Shown here piece by piece: positions 1 to 12,052 of a stretch of 63,929 bases of DNA. Position 1 is the first letter of the stretch. Each line of letters opens with the position of its first letter. The notes under the pieces are model-generated. The model made no database searches. It saw only the letters and a list, made by a program, of their open reading frames with translations, and had not been told where the DNA came from. The stretch lies in assembly GCF_001194135.2 (NCBI RefSeq), contig NC_068989.1, positions 4,821,632 to 4,885,560 of the forward strand, in the 5' to 3' direction. A program made the position numbers and the translations under genes. The DNA comes from Octopus bimaculoides (lineage: Eukaryota).

Positions 1-244
1 AGCCATAGGGAAGTCTTACCTTATCTGGAAACAGGTGAAGGTTGGCTACAGGAGGGACATCTAGTTAGAAAAATCTGCCTCAGCAAAATCCATCTGACCT
101 ATGCTGGCATGATAAAGTGGACATTAAATAATAATGAATTCAAATCCCAGTGAAGCCAACATAGCCTTTCACAGTCTTCTAAGTTAAAGAAGTACCAATC
201 AAATACCAAAGATAATTTAATTGAATATTCCCTCTCGCCTATAA

Positions 245-496
245 TCATCATCATCATCATTGTTTAACATCCGTTTTCTATGCTGGCATGGGTTGGACGG
301 TTTGACTGAGGTCTGGAGAGCCAGCAGCTGCACCAGGCTCCAATCTAATCTGGAAATGTTTCTACAGCTGGATGCTCTTCCTAATGCCAACCACTCTGAG
401 GGTGTAGTGGGTGTTTTTTACATGCCACCGGAACAGGAGCCAGTCAGGTGGGCCTGGCATCGATCACATTCAGATAGTGCTTTTTACATGCCACCA
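245..496 (-). mobile_element. Meta-domain-type SINE with RTE-like tail
   Basis: Reverse complement carries ggcattaggaagagcatccagctgtagaaac and the tail ccaacccatgccagcatagaaaacggatgttaaacaatgatgatg. Many paralogous copies are present in the window. Confidence 0.8.
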
Positions 497-509
497 GTAA
501 AGATAATTG

Positions 510-850
510 TGGCCAGGTGTTTTGTTATTTACCAGGAAGATATCTATTCTTAAAGTTTGAGTACATTTTTGGTAATTCCCCTGTTTCCATTCTCATCTCT
601 CAGTTCAACTCATCTTCAGAGTGATTACATTTGTTTCTTTAATATTTTTCCAATTTATATTTTCGAAAGTGATAGAAAGCATATTTTGTCTTCTCTATTT
701 CCAATTCTGTCACAGCTACATAATTACCAGGTTGCATAGTAGTTACTATTCCTGGCTCAATAGCTCTTGTATTCTTTGTATTGTTTGAACCACTTCCATA
801 GTGGCAGTCTTTGTACCATTTCTTTTGTGTCAATCTCACACTCTGTATAT
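510..850 (-). mobile_element. Possible highly decayed RLE-type LINE fragment
   Basis: Scattered motifs in different frames (LTQKKWYK, EDKICFL, YLPGK) resemble the C-terminus of RLE elements. The match is weak. Confidence 0.3.
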
Positions 851-1208
851 CTGTATATAGATCAGGAATATGTAATTCTTAACACTAATTATATTAGTTA
901 GATATATTGATGCATTCATATAAATTCTTTTATTGTATCAGTCATACACTGTGGCCATACTGGAGCACTACCTATCAAAAAAAAAAAAGCACTGATGAAA
1001 CAAAATAATATATTTTGATTCTGTGTTGCTGTTTGACTTTGAAGAAATAAGTTGAATTACCTTCAGATCCCCTCTCTTTCTCTCTCTCTCCCCCTCTCTC
1101 TCTCCCTCCCCCCTCTCTCTCTCTCTCTTTGTGTGTTTGATAAGTTTATTAAGTATCAATGTACAAAGCTCTCGGCCCTTGAGTCACTCAGTAACTGCTG
1201 ATTATTAG

Positions 1209-1333
1209 GTACACACACATATACATACACACACACACCCACACATATACATACACACACACACCCACACATATACATACACACACACACCCACACATAC
1301 ACACACACACACACACATATACATACACACACA
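1209..1333. repeat. Compound (CA)n microsatellite with about 26-bp higher-order unit
   Basis: acacatatacatacacacacacaccc is repeated. Confidence 0.9.
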
Positions 1334-1820
1334 TTGTGAATACTGAAGGGTTAAAGTGTACATTTCCAGGAGTGGAAGGGTAAATAGCTAAGTAAAAGAC
1401 AAGGGCAATTCCAGATGATCGGGAGGAGGGCTGCTCTGAATAACAGGTAATACAAGCCTTGGGTTTTGATATGGGGCTGGTGTGGGATGGTGGGGAGAAG
1501 AAAAGTGAAAAAGCACAGTACCCACGTGGGTGAGAGTGAGAGGGTGGGTGGATAAAAAGTACCTAAGAGAGCTAATTGTGAAATCCAACTCTAATATCAT
1601 AGCCATATTCATGTTTTGCATGGAATGGTGAATTAGTGAGATTTGTGTGTGTGTGCATGCATGCACACACGCATACACACACACTTTATTTTACTGTTTT
1701 CTATCCAGGGAAGTAGGAGGGGAAGTTGTTTGCCAACCAGACAGACTAAGGAAAATTATATTACATTTGAGTAAGAGACATAGAACAAATGTAATGGTAA
1801 GATTTGAACTCATGAATGGG

Positions 1821-1985
1821 TGTGGCTGTGTGGGTAAGAAGTTACTTCCCAACCATGTGGTCTTGGGTTCAGTCCCACTGCATAACACCTTGGGCAAGTG
1901 GCTTCTACTATAGTATTGGGCCAACCAAGGCCTTGTGAGTGAATTTAGTAGATAGAAACTGAAAGAAACTGTTATGTGTGTGTGG
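1821..1985 (+). mobile_element. tRNA-head SINE with CORE-like central segment
   Basis: gtggctgtgtgggtaag (A-box-like), gggttcagtccc (B-box-like), caccttgggcaagtggcttctactatag, then a (TG)n tail. Copies at about 7620-7810(+), 7840-7995(-), 8270-8430(-), 12950-13060(-), 16550-16690(-), 22015-22140(+), 39780-39935(-), 46945-47070(-) and 48595-48720(+). Confidence 0.8.
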
Positions 1986-2326
1986 TGTACTCTTGCTTAG
2001 ACATGATGTAGAAAATCTGCCTCAATAAATTCCACCTGACCCATGGAAGCATGAAAAAGTGGATGTTAAATGCCGATGATCATCATGTGATATGTTGATG
2101 AGCACCTTAATTTCACCATATTTTGCCTCCTTAATAAATAATCTCCTAAACAGCAAAGAGTTCTTTTTTAGCATGCACTTAACTACAGTTTCATGGAGTG
2201 AAGCTGATGAAAAACAAATCAACTCACTTCAGATGGGACACCAATGTGCTGTAGCAAGTATTCTCAGATAATTTTGTATCTATTCTTAATGGACAGACAG
2301 TCATATTTGGGTTGACTTTGTAGCAT

Positions 2327-2420
2327 ATGAAAGAAAGATTTTTCTACATGCATGTTTTATTGCTTTATCATGTATTCATCTTTACATATCATTTTTTTTT
2401 TTTCAATTTTATAATTTTAG
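2327..2420 (+). other. Alternative candidate first coding exon, or a recursive splice site at 2420/2421
   Basis: ATG at 2327 opens MKERFFYMHVLLLYHVFIFTYHFFFFNFIIL, ending in phase 1 at TTAG|gtaagt. The same sequence is a T-tract plus AG directly followed by a consensus donor. Confidence 0.25.
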
Positions 2421-5088
2421 GTAAGTGTTTGATGCCAAATCCTGTCCTCAGTGTCTTCAACAACCTTGTGAATTTGTATGTTACTTCTTATAAAGCTAAG
2501 TATACACATATAACCTTCGAGTCTCTGTACAATATTTTAAAATTTTTTTATCTCAAATGTCTTACTCTTCTTATCGAAAACTCATTCAGAATGACATATG
2601 CTGGTTTAGAAATGTAGCTCTCTCTCTTTCTATATATATATCATTATTTTACATATTATCAACACTGAATTGACTTGGAATATTAACCAAATTTAAATAA
2701 ACAAATTTCTGAAATTTCTACCACAAAATCAATATAGATTCATAATTTATGTTTTTCAATACTACTAACTTACTTTTGGCTGCCTCTGGTTCTAATACAA
2801 AACTGTTTATCTAAAAGTGTTCACATTTAAATTTAAACATTTTGGTTTGTCTCAGGAGGGTCATTATGCCAATAATAGACACCTGGCATAATAACTCTCC
2901 CAAGATACAACAGAATATGTTTCAATACATGAATTCATATCAAGAACCTTGCAAACCGAATGCAAAAAATTAAATTTAAACTTTTCCATCAGGTTTGCAT
3001 CAGAGTTCGAACTTAAAAATATAAAGCTAAAAAAATAAATAAATAAATAAAACTAAGGCATTTTGTTCAGTGCTCTACCATTTCTGCTAATCCACCTCTC
3101 TAATATTATTGTAAAGAAATACTATTATTCATAATTCAGCATGTAGACAGAAAATTGGTGAAGTCATTTTAGTGTCAGAGGATAGAAGATAAAAGTTAGC
3201 TCTGGCTGGAATGTATCTAAAAGCTGGTAAAGTATTAATTCTGGATTAGTGGAATCATTGGTGTCTGACAGGATAGCATGTTTTATGGTATCTGTTTAGC
3301 TCTGTGCATTCTGACTTCAAGTCTCACCTCCTGTCACATCTAATAAACATCTACAGGAAATATGTTGATAGTAGGTTGATGTTCTGAGTGGAGAAGGGTT
3401 AGAGGAGACAAAAGTGGTCAGTATGGAGCCTTTATAGATGTTGAGAGGAAGTGAGATGGGTGTATTGTGAGCTTGGGTATGTGGAGAGATGGTATGCAAC
3501 TAACTTGTTCTGAATAGTAGAGGCTGATGTAGCAGCTATAGAAAACGCAGAGAAAGGAAACTGCAGGTCTATGAGCCAGATGTTGTACATAACTCAATTT
3601 CAAACAAAGCTTTATTCCAGAGTTTTATGAACCTAAAGCTTTATTGCAAACATTATGGGGAAATTGATGATCTAGAAAATTCTCATGAAGCTCTTTCAAC
3701 TTACTGAATTGAAACAAACTGAATAAACCACTGTTTTTATAAAAAGAAGGAAAAAATGATAATAATAATAATAAATTTTTAAATATTAAAAAAAAAAAAC
3801 TAATAAAACTAAACTTTCACTCTTTTTTTTTGTGTTCTTTAAGAAGAGTCAATATCATTGAAAAAACTTGCATTTTCTCAAATCTGAAATATCTTTAATT
3901 TAATCATAATCTTAATGAAGACATATGTATTAAAATGATTTTCTTCATGTTTTAGTCTGTTTTCCTTTAGATAAGACATTTTGTTTAAAATGGTCTCTAA
4001 TTTTGTAAATTTACCTCAAAGTTTCATGTGAAAAAACTACAATTCACTATCTACCAGGTAAATCAGTGAGTCTTCTCCTCACAAAAACAAGATGAAGTTG
4101 GTGAAAGATGGCATTAAGATATATTTGCTAAAATATATGAGAAATTTTAAAATGCAGGAATTTTCAGCAGAATGCATGGAAATTGTCTCATAATGCAAGA
4201 AGGTTACTAAGCCTGATCTCATCCTGATCATCATTTAACATCCACTTTTCCATGCTGGAATGGGTCAAGCAGATTTTCTATGATTGGATACCCTTCCTGT
4301 CACCAACTCTAACCTGTTTCCAAATAAGGTAATATTTTCCCATGGCTAGGCATGTATGATGATGATGATGCTTGTTTACAACCATCTCATGATGCCTGGA
4401 GAAAGGTACATACAAGCACGCATACACACATATATACTTACATGTGCATATGTCCCCTTAATAGAATTCTTACACCAAATCAGCATGATAAAATAGATGA
4501 CAAGGCTTGACTTTTGAATTTTGGTTATAGTCCGTCCAGCAGGCTTCCACCCAACTCCAGTTTCATTTTCCAACATGATCTAGGTTGACATGAGGTGATG
4601 GTAAAAGAAACTAATCCAAAGGGTTGTGCAGTGAGAGCAAACCTGAAACTTAATGTTTAGATTACGATATGAACTTCTTACCCAAACAGCTATGTCTGCA
4701 ATCCATTGCATCCCTCTCTGCACATATACAGACAAATACACAAACACTCATTTTGAAAGTTTTTTTCCTTTTAATTAGTTAAAATCAAATGGACAGTAAG
4801 TAAAAGTACATCAGGGTGATAGAAGGATGGAAATAGTTTTCCTTAAAAAAAATACCTTTCAAAACGTACGGAACAAATTTTTTTTAATTGTCTCTTAATG
4901 TCGTCTCATTGTTTTTTGATATTACGAATTCTAAAAACTGAAATTCTGCGTCTTCTGTGATTGATATTGTTATATTTGTTGTTTTCATTGGTTGGGAACT
5001 CTGTTAATATTTAGAATAAATACGTGTGTTTTTCTTCCTTTTTCTCTCTTTATACCTTTTGTTCTTTCTCTTTCTTTATTGTCATAAG

Positions 5089-5156
5089 ATTCCCATTAAC
5101 AAAATGGTGCAAAGAGTTGTGTCTGGTGGTTGTAGTAATGTGGTGTATAGGGCCAG
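5089..5156 (+). other. Candidate signal-peptide-encoding exon of the ADAM gene (phase-1 end)
   Basis: A long pyrimidine tract plus cataag| precedes it. It reads (R)FPLTKWCKELCLVVVVMWCIGP(G), with a hydrophobic core, and ends CCAG|gttgga (weak donor). No in-frame ATG upstream of the hydrophobic core (ATA at 5084-5086). Confidence 0.3.
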
Positions 5157-5571
5157 GTTGGAGAAAGTCTGTGTGTCTCTCTCTTTCTATTCTCATAATT
5201 TCTCGGTTTCATCCTTTTCTCTCACTCTCTCTCCTTTCTCTCTCTACATGTAGTTCTTTCTTTCTATTTTTTCTTTCTCTCTCTCCCTCCCTCTCTCTAT
5301 CACACACACACACAAATCATAGATTCCATTACAGTGAGAATGTGAAGAGTTATGTATGGTGGATGTAGTAGATGTAGTGATAGTTATGGTAGTACATGAG
5401 CAAATTTAGAGTAAGATATGTGTATTTTGGTCCCCCCCCTTTCTCTCTCTCTTGCTTTATTTGTGTGTGTGTGGCAAAGCTCATTTGCTCATGTAGTAGA
5501 ATGAAATGTATTGGTGATGGTGATGTTGGTTGCAACAGCAGTATTGGCACCATGTAGAGAAGACTGGAGTG

Positions 5572-5602
<31 letters not shown>

Positions 5603-5954
5603 GGGGTCAGTTAAAGTCAGGTGCAGTGATGTTGTCTAATTTATCATTTTGTATCTTTAATGAGTTTCATTGTTGTTAAAATTAGACTCTGTGTAATTTA
5701 GATTGGATGAGGGTTGTGTTGGTGGTGGTGGTGTTGTGATTGCTAGATCATGAAATTTGCTGTGGTTTAACCCCAGGTCAATCCCAGTGGAGCAGATCTA
5801 TGAATGAAATCAGTCCATCCATGACCGTTACATTGATTTAAGGATCTGTAGAATGTAGGACTTCAATATCTAATGTGACCTTTCCTTTCTCAAGATAGTA
5901 GGGTAGCATTTGAAAGATATTTGGTTGCTATTTATAGCAGATCAAGTAACCTCA

Positions 5955-6290
5955 TACCTGGATGTTATGCTCATTGAATTCAAAACAAAAACCAGGATTA
6001 ACAAATTGCAGGATTCATTACCAGATGGTGAAGAAGAATGGTACTTCTGCAGCAGTGAACACTTTGAGAACGTGAAGTACATAGAGAAGATAAGCACAAG
6101 CGATATAGTTTAGCAAAGTATTGATGGTGCTGGTGGAGTGGCAGTCCTTGCAGTGGTAAATGTGTACATTTGTAATTTTTGTTGAATAGTGAGGACGCTT
6201 GAGACAAGAAAACTTTATGCAATACTTCACCAGCTCAGTATAGCCTCATTGCAAATCTCCATTAAGGAGCTCCCTAATATCTTCAAAATT
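5955..6290 (+). mobile_element. Possible decayed RLE-type LINE endonuclease fragment
   Basis: DVMLIEFKTKT...KY...DIV*QSIDGAGGVAVLAVV loosely follows PD.vl....kt...E...KY..L...c...G.....avEvG. Confidence 0.25.
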
Positions 6291-6740
6291 GGAGCCAATT
6301 TGTGCCTATAAAATATATGATATGGCTATGCATAATCAAAGAATGGTCACACATATGATATAGATCTAGCTCAATGCAAGTAGAACTAAGATCTTTGTCT
6401 AAGTGATGTCTAACAATGACATTTCTTACTTGTTACCAATGCCACCAATGCTTAGTAAGAGAGAGGGGGGGCAGCAGCACCTATGACGTTATCTTGGGGG
6501 CCTTCAAGATTGAAGTGGATGTGTAAGTGAAACAAGCATGACTCGTGAAAGCATTGCACCCACAAATTTTGAGTTATTTGAATGCTCCCATCTGATTAGA
6601 CACTGCTAACCACCCTCAAGGTCCTGGCTGTGGTATTAAACAGAAGACAAATTAGGTTTATTACTCTTGGTTTTCTCATTGTTAACATACAACGTTGATT
6701 TGTTGTAAACAAATTCTCTTCAAAGTATGTATTAATAAGA

Positions 6741-6979
6741 ATGGCTCTTGTGCGGGTGGCACATAAAAGACACCATTTCGAGCGTGGCCGTTTTCGTGCG
6801 GGTGACACGTAAAAGCACCCACTACACTCTCTGAGTGGTTGGCGTTAGGAAGGGCATCCAGCTGTAGAAACTCTGCCAAATTGGATTGGAGCCTGGTGTT
6901 GCCATCCGGTTTCACCAGTCCTCAGTCAAATCGTCCAACCCATGCTAGCATGGAAAGCGGACGTTAAACGACGACGACG
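6741..6979 (+). mobile_element. Young Meta-domain-type SINE
   Basis: Contains gtggttggcgttaggaagggcatccagctgtagaaac and ends gcatggaaagcggacgttaaacgacgacgacg. CpGs are largely intact. Further copies at about 1-135, 4225-4380, 15520-15712, 29645-29850, 37320-37520, 39590-39775, 43650-43720, 49620-49755 and 51095-51210. Confidence 0.85.
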
Positions 6980-7690
6980 TATGTAGAGAAAGAAATACCC
7001 AGAAAGCAATCCTGATGATGGGGGAGAAAATTGAATTGCCATCCTTTTGTTAACAGTAAAGTACATTATACATAATGAAAATTGTTTAATATTGTATGAT
7101 GTATAATATTACCTAATTGTTAATCTTACATTTTTATTTCTTTGTTCACGTGTATTTTTATGTATATATGTGATTTGCTGTAATTGATATGCATAAAGTG
7201 TGTGTGTGTGTAAACTTATGTAAGGATATATAGTATATTCTCTAGAAACTAGCTCATTAACAAATACTTATAATCATAGCTCATTAATAAATCAACTTAG
7301 GATTTGTTTCTAATTACCTAAGCAAAGTGGAAAAGAATTGATTTCCGCTTAAATATAATTGTATAGCTAATAGAGTGTAAAGTCATTTTAGTTGAGTGGC
7401 ACTCGTCCTCTGTCTCAATTCAAAATAGTGCAATAATATGGTGAAATATGTCTGATTAGGTGTGTGTTTAGGGGAATGAGAACTGGTATATAAACAAAAA
7501 TGCCTTAGTTGTGTCATGAAGAATAGGGTCTCAGTGGTACTCTTGTCTTGGCACAAACCTAAACTGTGTCTTATACATAAATATACACATAATATAATAT
7601 ATGGGCAAGTGTTTTCTATTATAGCCAGGCTAACCAATGCTTTGTGAATGAATTTGGTAGATAGAAACTGTAGAAGGCTGTCCCCAAACA

Positions 7691-7954
7691 CATAGTTCTG
7701 GGTTCAGTCCCACTGTGTGGCACCTTGGGTAAGTGTGTTCTACTTTAGCCCCAGGCCAACCAAAGTTTTGTGAGTGAATCTGGTAGATAGAAACTGAAAG
7801 AAGCCTCTCTGTGTGTGCATGTTTCTCCCCCATATGAAAGGCTTCTTTCAGTTTCCATCTACCAAATCCACTCACAAGGCTTTGGTTGGCCCAAGGCTAT
7901 TGTAGAAGAGATTTTCCCTAGGTACCACACAGTGGGACTGAACCCAGAACCATG
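7691..7954. repeat. Tail-to-tail inverted pair of tRNA/CORE-like SINE copies
   Basis: 7691-7806 is the diverged reverse complement of 7839-7954, with a spacer of about 32 nt. Confidence 0.85.
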
Positions 7955-8626
7955 TGGTTGGGAAGCAAGTTTCTTACCACACAGCCACGCCTGTGCTTAT
8001 ATTTAACATTAGAGCAGAATTGCTCTGACATACCATAAAAGCATAAGCAACATAATTGTTTATCTTGTATTTGTGTCAGTCATTGGATTGCAGCCATGCT
8101 GGGGCAACACCTTAAAGGACTCAATAAATCAACACCAGCACATTTTTTTTTTTTTTTTGAGCCTATAATTTATTCAGTTGCGCAGATGTAAATAAACCTA
8201 CACTGATTTTCAAGCAGTGTGAAGAGATGCACATAAACACAAATACACACACACACACACACACACACACATGACAGGCTTCCATACAGTTTCCATTTAT
8301 TAAATTTATTCAAAAGATATTGATTGGCCCAGAGCTGTAGTAGAAGACACTTGCCCCAGGTGCCACACAGTGGGACTGAACTTCAACACGTGGTTTCTTA
8401 AGCAAGCTTCTTAACTACACAGCTATACCTGTGTCTTTAAGATACATAAAATAATAGTTTCTTTCTATTGTCAGTCGGTCATATGATATGTTGGCCTCTC
8501 TTGTCTGTTGGTCTCCCTTCTTGTGTCACAGAACTCAGTCTGTTTAAAGTTATCTCTCTCTTATTAGCAATGTCAGTCTTTGCCATTCCTGTTTACTCAA
8601 TGTTTTCCTCTTTTACATTTTCTTTT

Positions 8627-8660
<34 letters not shown>

Positions 8661-11039
8661 CTTCTCTCAGCAAACACATTTCATCGCCACTCTCTTGTCT
8701 TACGATGATTTTCCCTCCTCAAAATTGTTTCTTCCATTTTGTATTACTTTTCCCTCACATCTTCTTTAATTTTTGAACTTGCACACGCATATACACAAAT
8801 GTGCATGCACATACTCACACACACACACGGAACCTTATGGATTATATTACATAATGACACTGTTGAACTCTTCGTGCGATTAACCCCAACACTTGAGGTA
8901 TTTAGTTTACTGCTGCTCTTTCACAGTTAATCAAAAAATCATTTGTAACAACTAAATTAGGCTTCATTTCTCTCTTCTTTTCCTCTTTCCCTCTGCTTTT
9001 TTTTCTTTTTCTCTCATCCAATTCCACTGTCTCTCATGCTTATATATTTACACATTTCCCCTCCCTCCTCCCTCTATCTATCTATCCGTCACTCAGTATA
9101 AGTGTGCTTCGAGCCTACTGGCTCATGAGGCCAGACCTTCCCCAGATTTTCAAGATAGAAGAATAAAGAGTAAAAGTAGTTAGAAGAATATTGGCAGGAA
9201 AATAACCACTTGGGTTATCCCAGAAATGGCTATAAGACTTCAAATTCACCTTACCCTAATTAAATTATTCTAAATGACTTGAGATACTCGTTCTGCCTTG
9301 GTTTTGATTTTTCTCTTAAAATAATATATACATGTTATAACGGAACCCTAACACAAATCCCTAGATCCAGTCTTAGCTGTGATCTTGGAACCTAATGGTT
9401 GACCAACTTATAGCACTTACCCAGCATACCTATTGTTTAGATCACAAGTGAACTAAACCCCTCGTATTCTTTATATATATATCCCATTCATTCAGTTTCA
9501 ATGTCTGTCTTAGTTTCCTTATCGGTTTCTCTTTTCTCCCTCTCTTTCATACAGATTCTCTTCTTCATTTTCAATCTCTCATTCTTTCCTCGGTTCTGTT
9601 TTTTTCCTTCATCACTACTAACTACTACAACAAACTCACCAGCCACATTTACACAAATTTATCAGTCAGACAAACTGGATAAGTACCTCAAATTAATAGT
9701 AAATCAATAGATCAATAGTTAAACAACAGAGGCGCAAAATCCCTGATTTTCAATGAATCTAATTGCTTTCTATGGCATTCTTCGATAATATTAGCTTTTG
9801 AGATGTGCAAATGAGGTACCTTTACTTACCAATTGTGTGTATGTTTGCGTGTGTGGGCATACATGTACATTATGTCAGATTATATTTCATATATAAAGAT
9901 ATATATATATATTCATCTTTCATTCTTTTTCTGACTTTTCATCTGTCTATATACCTGTTATTTGTTTTTCTCTCTAACTATCTATTGCTGGTCTATTTGA
10001 CTACATCTCTCTACTCCTGTCAATCTACGTGTTTTTCCTATGTATCTATATTTCTGTACATCTCTTTCTGTGTCTTGCCATCTATTTGTCTATATGTTTG
10101 TATATTTATATAGGCTTTCATCTCTCTACCCACCTATTAATCTCTATCATTCTTCCTCTCTCTCACTCACTCTTTTCTTTGCCTCTTACTCTTTCACTTT
10201 CTCTCTCATCTCTCTCACACACTCTCTCTTTACTCTTTCTCACCCACTCACTCTCACATTCTCCATACCCACCACAGTTGCTCTGTATTGTGATCATGAT
10301 GTCCACATTCAGTGGAGTTAACTTTGTTTACTTGTTAGCAGGTTTCATATCCCATTTAATATCATAACTGTTCATTAGGTGGTATCATGAATAAGTTATG
10401 TGATTTTATGAAAAACCATTCCATTGATTTATTCATGAACACATGTGTATGCAAGTATGTGTGTGTGAGAGCTTATATGTGTGTGTGACTGCACATGTGT
10501 ATCTATGTGTGATTTCCTTTACTACATTATAACACTTTTTGCTTCCAGAAATATTTTACATATTTGAATGTTTTCATATTTTATTTTCAGATTGTTGTTA
10601 TTGTTATTCTATGATTAGATGGCTGTCTTTTCCATTGCTAAACTATTTAACTACTTCTTTGCTCAGCAAGTGCTAGTCATACATATTAAATGTCTATAAC
10701 AGCACGGCCACCTCACTTGCAGGCATCAGCTAACACACGTCCACCATTTCATCTCCAATAAAAGTTCATGTTCTACATACAATACATTATGCGTGTCTCT
10801 ATGTATACTCAGTGACAATTCAAGAAGTTTCAGCTTGAAATAATATATGTATAGCATACATGCATGTATAAAAACGTGTGTGTATGTGTATAAACATATA
10901 TGTATAAAAACATGTGTACTTATGTACATGTGTGTGTATATGTATTTGAAAACGTTTTAGAAAGGATTCTTGATACAGTCACAATATCTGAAGAAAGATT
11001 TTCTTGAATTAAAAATTAATTACTTAATCTTTTTTTTTT

Positions 11040-11870
11040 TTTTGACACAAATCTTTTGGAAATAAGTTTGTTTGATTGTGTAAGTGCTTTCACTGTTTCA
11101 CAGCTTTTCAAACACACATTATGGTATCATCTATATATTGTTTCTAGATCAGTTTGAATTTAGAATTCTCATATAAAATATTCTTCTTTTGCTTTTTTTA
11201 GTTAATCATTTTATTCTTTTATTTTGAAACAAAAGTAATATTTTGAATTTTCCATTTGCACAAATGTCTAGATGTTCACTACATGGAACATTTCTAAGAG
11301 GTGAATCTTTAATTTGCTGCTTATGTACCCTGACCCAGTGTATTAATTTTGATCCTGTTTTTCCAATATATTTTTCATTGCATTGTGGGTATTTGATGCA
11401 ATTAATGAGACTTTTTATTTTGTAATTCATATATACATAAACTCCCAATTCCTTCCTATTTTTAAATGTTTTCGGTTTTACTCTCTTCAAATATTTCACA
11501 CATCTCACAACAAAGGTTTCAAATATTTTGTTACTTGCATTATTTCTTATTCTGATGTGAATTTCACCTGTTAAGAGTCTTATCAGATTTACTAGTTGTC
11601 TTTGATTGTTGATATTTTGTGGTACTTCAATTATTTCTCTGAGGTTTGTTGACTGATGTAAAATTGAAAGGTATCATTGAGTAAAATTAAGATGTTATGG
11701 TTTCTATGATTATTAGCGACTACAAATGGAATATTTGTTTATGTCTTCACCTCCATTATGAAGATTTCTCCATAAGACAGAGATTAGGATCTCTTTTACC
11801 TTACTAATGGCATGATTTACTAAGAGAGGCATAGTAGAATTAAAAATATTTGTTCATAAACACAAGTACC
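11040..11870 (-). mobile_element. Penelope-like element fragment (RT thumb region, GIY-YIG endonuclease, 3-prime pseudo-LTR region)
   Basis: Minus-strand translations include IPFVVANNHRNHNI, KRQLVNLIRLLT, LINCIKYPQCNEKYIGKTGSKLIHWVRVHKQQI..VPCSEHLDICANGKFKI and KAKEEYFI. These are typical of the Penelope C-terminus. Frameshifted and with stops. Confidence 0.85.
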
Positions 11871-11886
11871 TAAAAAAAACTCTGGG

Positions 11887-12052
11887 TGTAAAGACAAAGC
11901 GAAAAGTGAATCAATCAACACACATTTTTCATTCATAAACGTGGGAAATTCCTCACATTTTATATATGTGTATATATAATGTGAGGAATTTCCCAAATGT
12001 ATGAATGAAAAGTGTGTGTTGATTGGTTCATACTTTTCACTTTGTCTTTACA
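11887..12052. repeat. About 165-bp imperfect palindrome abutting the 5-prime end of the Penelope fragment
   Basis: tgtaaagacaaagcgaaaagtgaatcaatcaacacac...gggaaattcctcacatt mirrors aatgtgaggaatttccc...gtgtgttgattggttcatacttttcactttgtctttaca around a (TA)-rich centre. Confidence 0.85.

Noticed and set aside
537-572. Plus-strand 36-nt segment ccag|GAAGAT...TTTG|gtaatt reading RYLFLKFEYIF
   Set aside because: It overlaps a probable antisense LINE remnant, has a moderate donor and shows no recognisable homology.
9100-9480. Complex segment that might be an LTR or other repeat
   Set aside because: There is no second copy, TG..CA boundary pair or TSD visible in the window.
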